NCBI GenBank assembly: GCA_029210805.1
Contig: JARGGA010000002.1
Span: 1-41,872 of the forward strand
Length of the DNA stretch: 41,872 nt
From: Candidatus Thorarchaeota archaeon
GTDB taxonomy: Archaea > Asgardarchaeota > Thorarchaeia > Thorarchaeales > Thorarchaeaceae
Direction of reading: 5' to 3'
Shown: positions 41,124 to 41,872 of the stretch, piece after piece
How the letters are laid out: the number at the start of each line of letters is the position of its first letter
How positions within the stretch are numbered: position 1 is the first letter of the stretch
Translations under genes and position numbers: made by a program
The notes under the pieces: generated by a model
What the model was told of the DNA's origin: nothing
What the model saw: only the letters and a program-made list of their open reading frames with translations
The model's database searches: none

Positions 41124-41872
41124 ATTTTCTGTTTCAGCCTACGGACTAGGGTATCATGAGTTATAGCATCTGCAGTCTTTCTGAAACCCCTATTATCATG
41201 TGTGGAGCCTGTCACCAGTAAGTTGTGGCCATCTCCGAATCTTGGCATCAAAGCATGGCCATCGACTGATTCACCACCATAATGTGGATCCGTTAATGAA
41301 ATCAGTTTTCTTTGGACTAATGGATTCGTTATGTCACTCACAGTAACTCTTTCACGTGAATGTGCTACTATCTCATCAGATAGAAGTATTACTGGATGTC
41401 TCAGCATTTCTGATAGGGCAAATGCTTTGATTGTTAACTCATAGGATTCCTGTGCTGAATTAGGTGAAAGAACAATGCTTTCATGATCACCATGTGTTCC
41501 CCACCGCGTCTGCATTACATCTCCCTGGGCCACTTTTGTAGCCTGACCCGTACTTGGTCCCGAACGTTGAACATTGACTATGACACAAGGAGTTTCAGTC
41601 ATCGTCGCATATCCAATGCTTTCTTGCATTAAACTGAAACCAGGTCCTGATGTGGCAGTCATCGAAAGAAAGCCCCCCCAAGATGCGCCAATTACTGCTG
41701 AAATAGCAGCAATTTCATCCTCCATTTGTAGGTAAGTTCCACTGATTTTTGGAAGACGGTGTGACATAACCTCGGCGATTTCTGATGCAGGTGTTATTGG
41801 ATATCCTGCAAAAAACCTGCAACCGGCAGCAAGAGCTCCTTCTGCACAAGCTTGGTTGCCCTGCCAAAAATG
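40775..41872 (-). CDS. korA: 2-oxoacid:ferredoxin oxidoreductase alpha subunit (KorA/PorA-like), N-terminus cut by the window edge
   Basis: The frame is open to 41872 and reads ...GNQACAEGALAAGCRFFAGYPITPASEIAEVMSHRL... ahead of the track's Met at 41767. It also has SGPGFSLM and GPSTGQATK. Confidence 0.9.
   Translation of the reverse strand, partial: HFWQGNQACAEGALAAGCRFFAGYPITPASEIAEVMSHRLPKISGTYLQMEDEIAAISAVIGASWGGFLSMTATSGPGFSLMQESIGYATMTETPCVIVNVQRSGPSTGQATKVAQGDVMQTRWGTHGDHESIVLSPNSAQESYELTIKAFALSEMLRHPVILLSDEIVAHSRERVTVSDITNPLVQRKLISLTDPHYGGESVDGHALMPRFGDGHNLLVTGSTHDNRGFRKTADAITHDTLVRRLKQKIQTKKDFISDVVVSGPEKAEWGVVSFGSTSRSVDEAMIESNSSFRSIRLRTLWPFPDAELKSFSKTVEKLLVPELNLGQLIGEISRVVKSSVEVVALNKIGGGLLITPEEIITAVS

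Overview
AT-rich archaeal chromosomal segment. Archaeal markers are PAN, a TFB paralog, NAC, A-type ATPase subunit D, an Rpb8/Rpo8-like protein, isopentenyl phosphate kinase, uS10 and an archaeal-type tRNA-Glu with encoded CCA. The Rpb8-like, split LKR/SDH and LURP/tubby-like genes fit a TACK/Asgard-like lineage, but that is inference only. I support about 35 CDS, most of them housekeeping or metabolic: rpiA, pan, a Trm5/Taw2-like methyltransferase, nac, atpD, acdA, hypF, iorAB, LKR+SDH, a class V aminotransferase, glmS, rps10, IPK and partial korA. There is one tRNA and no rRNA, CRISPR array, integrase or transposase. Product calls rest on motifs read by eye in the ORF translations; no database search was run. 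Several ORF-track N-termini are trimmed to conserved starts (rpiA, acdA, iorA, glmS, rps10 and others). Main non-routine signals: (1) 18380-18604 has the layout of an archaeal replication origin. Two inverted ORB-like boxes with G-strings flank a 118-bp AT-rich core and are bracketed by GGAACACGTGKTC palindromes, with no orc1/cdc6 gene beside it. A third ORB-like box sits at 22679-22698. (2) An 18-bp quasi-palindromic element, TGTAWTACA-AT-TAATACA, occupies almost every intergenic spacer between 3.8 and 19 kb. I found at least 14 exact copies of the 9-mer core by eye, two of them as identical 18-mers. It is essentially absent from the rest of the window and often pairs with an RGAACA-N2-TGTTCY palindrome. 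(3) An AAA+ ATPase plus ribbon-helix-helix gene pair sits inside that motif domain. (4) 28.6-41.1 kb holds a giant membrane HerA/FtsK-like ATPase, two paralogous multi-Ig-like surface proteins, and a TFB paralog abutted to a VirB11/ArlI-type secretion ATPase and a Flp-like pilin. (5) A perfect 39-nt tandem repeat in a partial CDS lies at the left edge, and an (A/P)PGGG-repeat membrane protein is nearby. (6) A 490-bp spacer is packed with TTCACAA iteron-like repeats. All functional interpretations of the non-coding elements are hypotheses.
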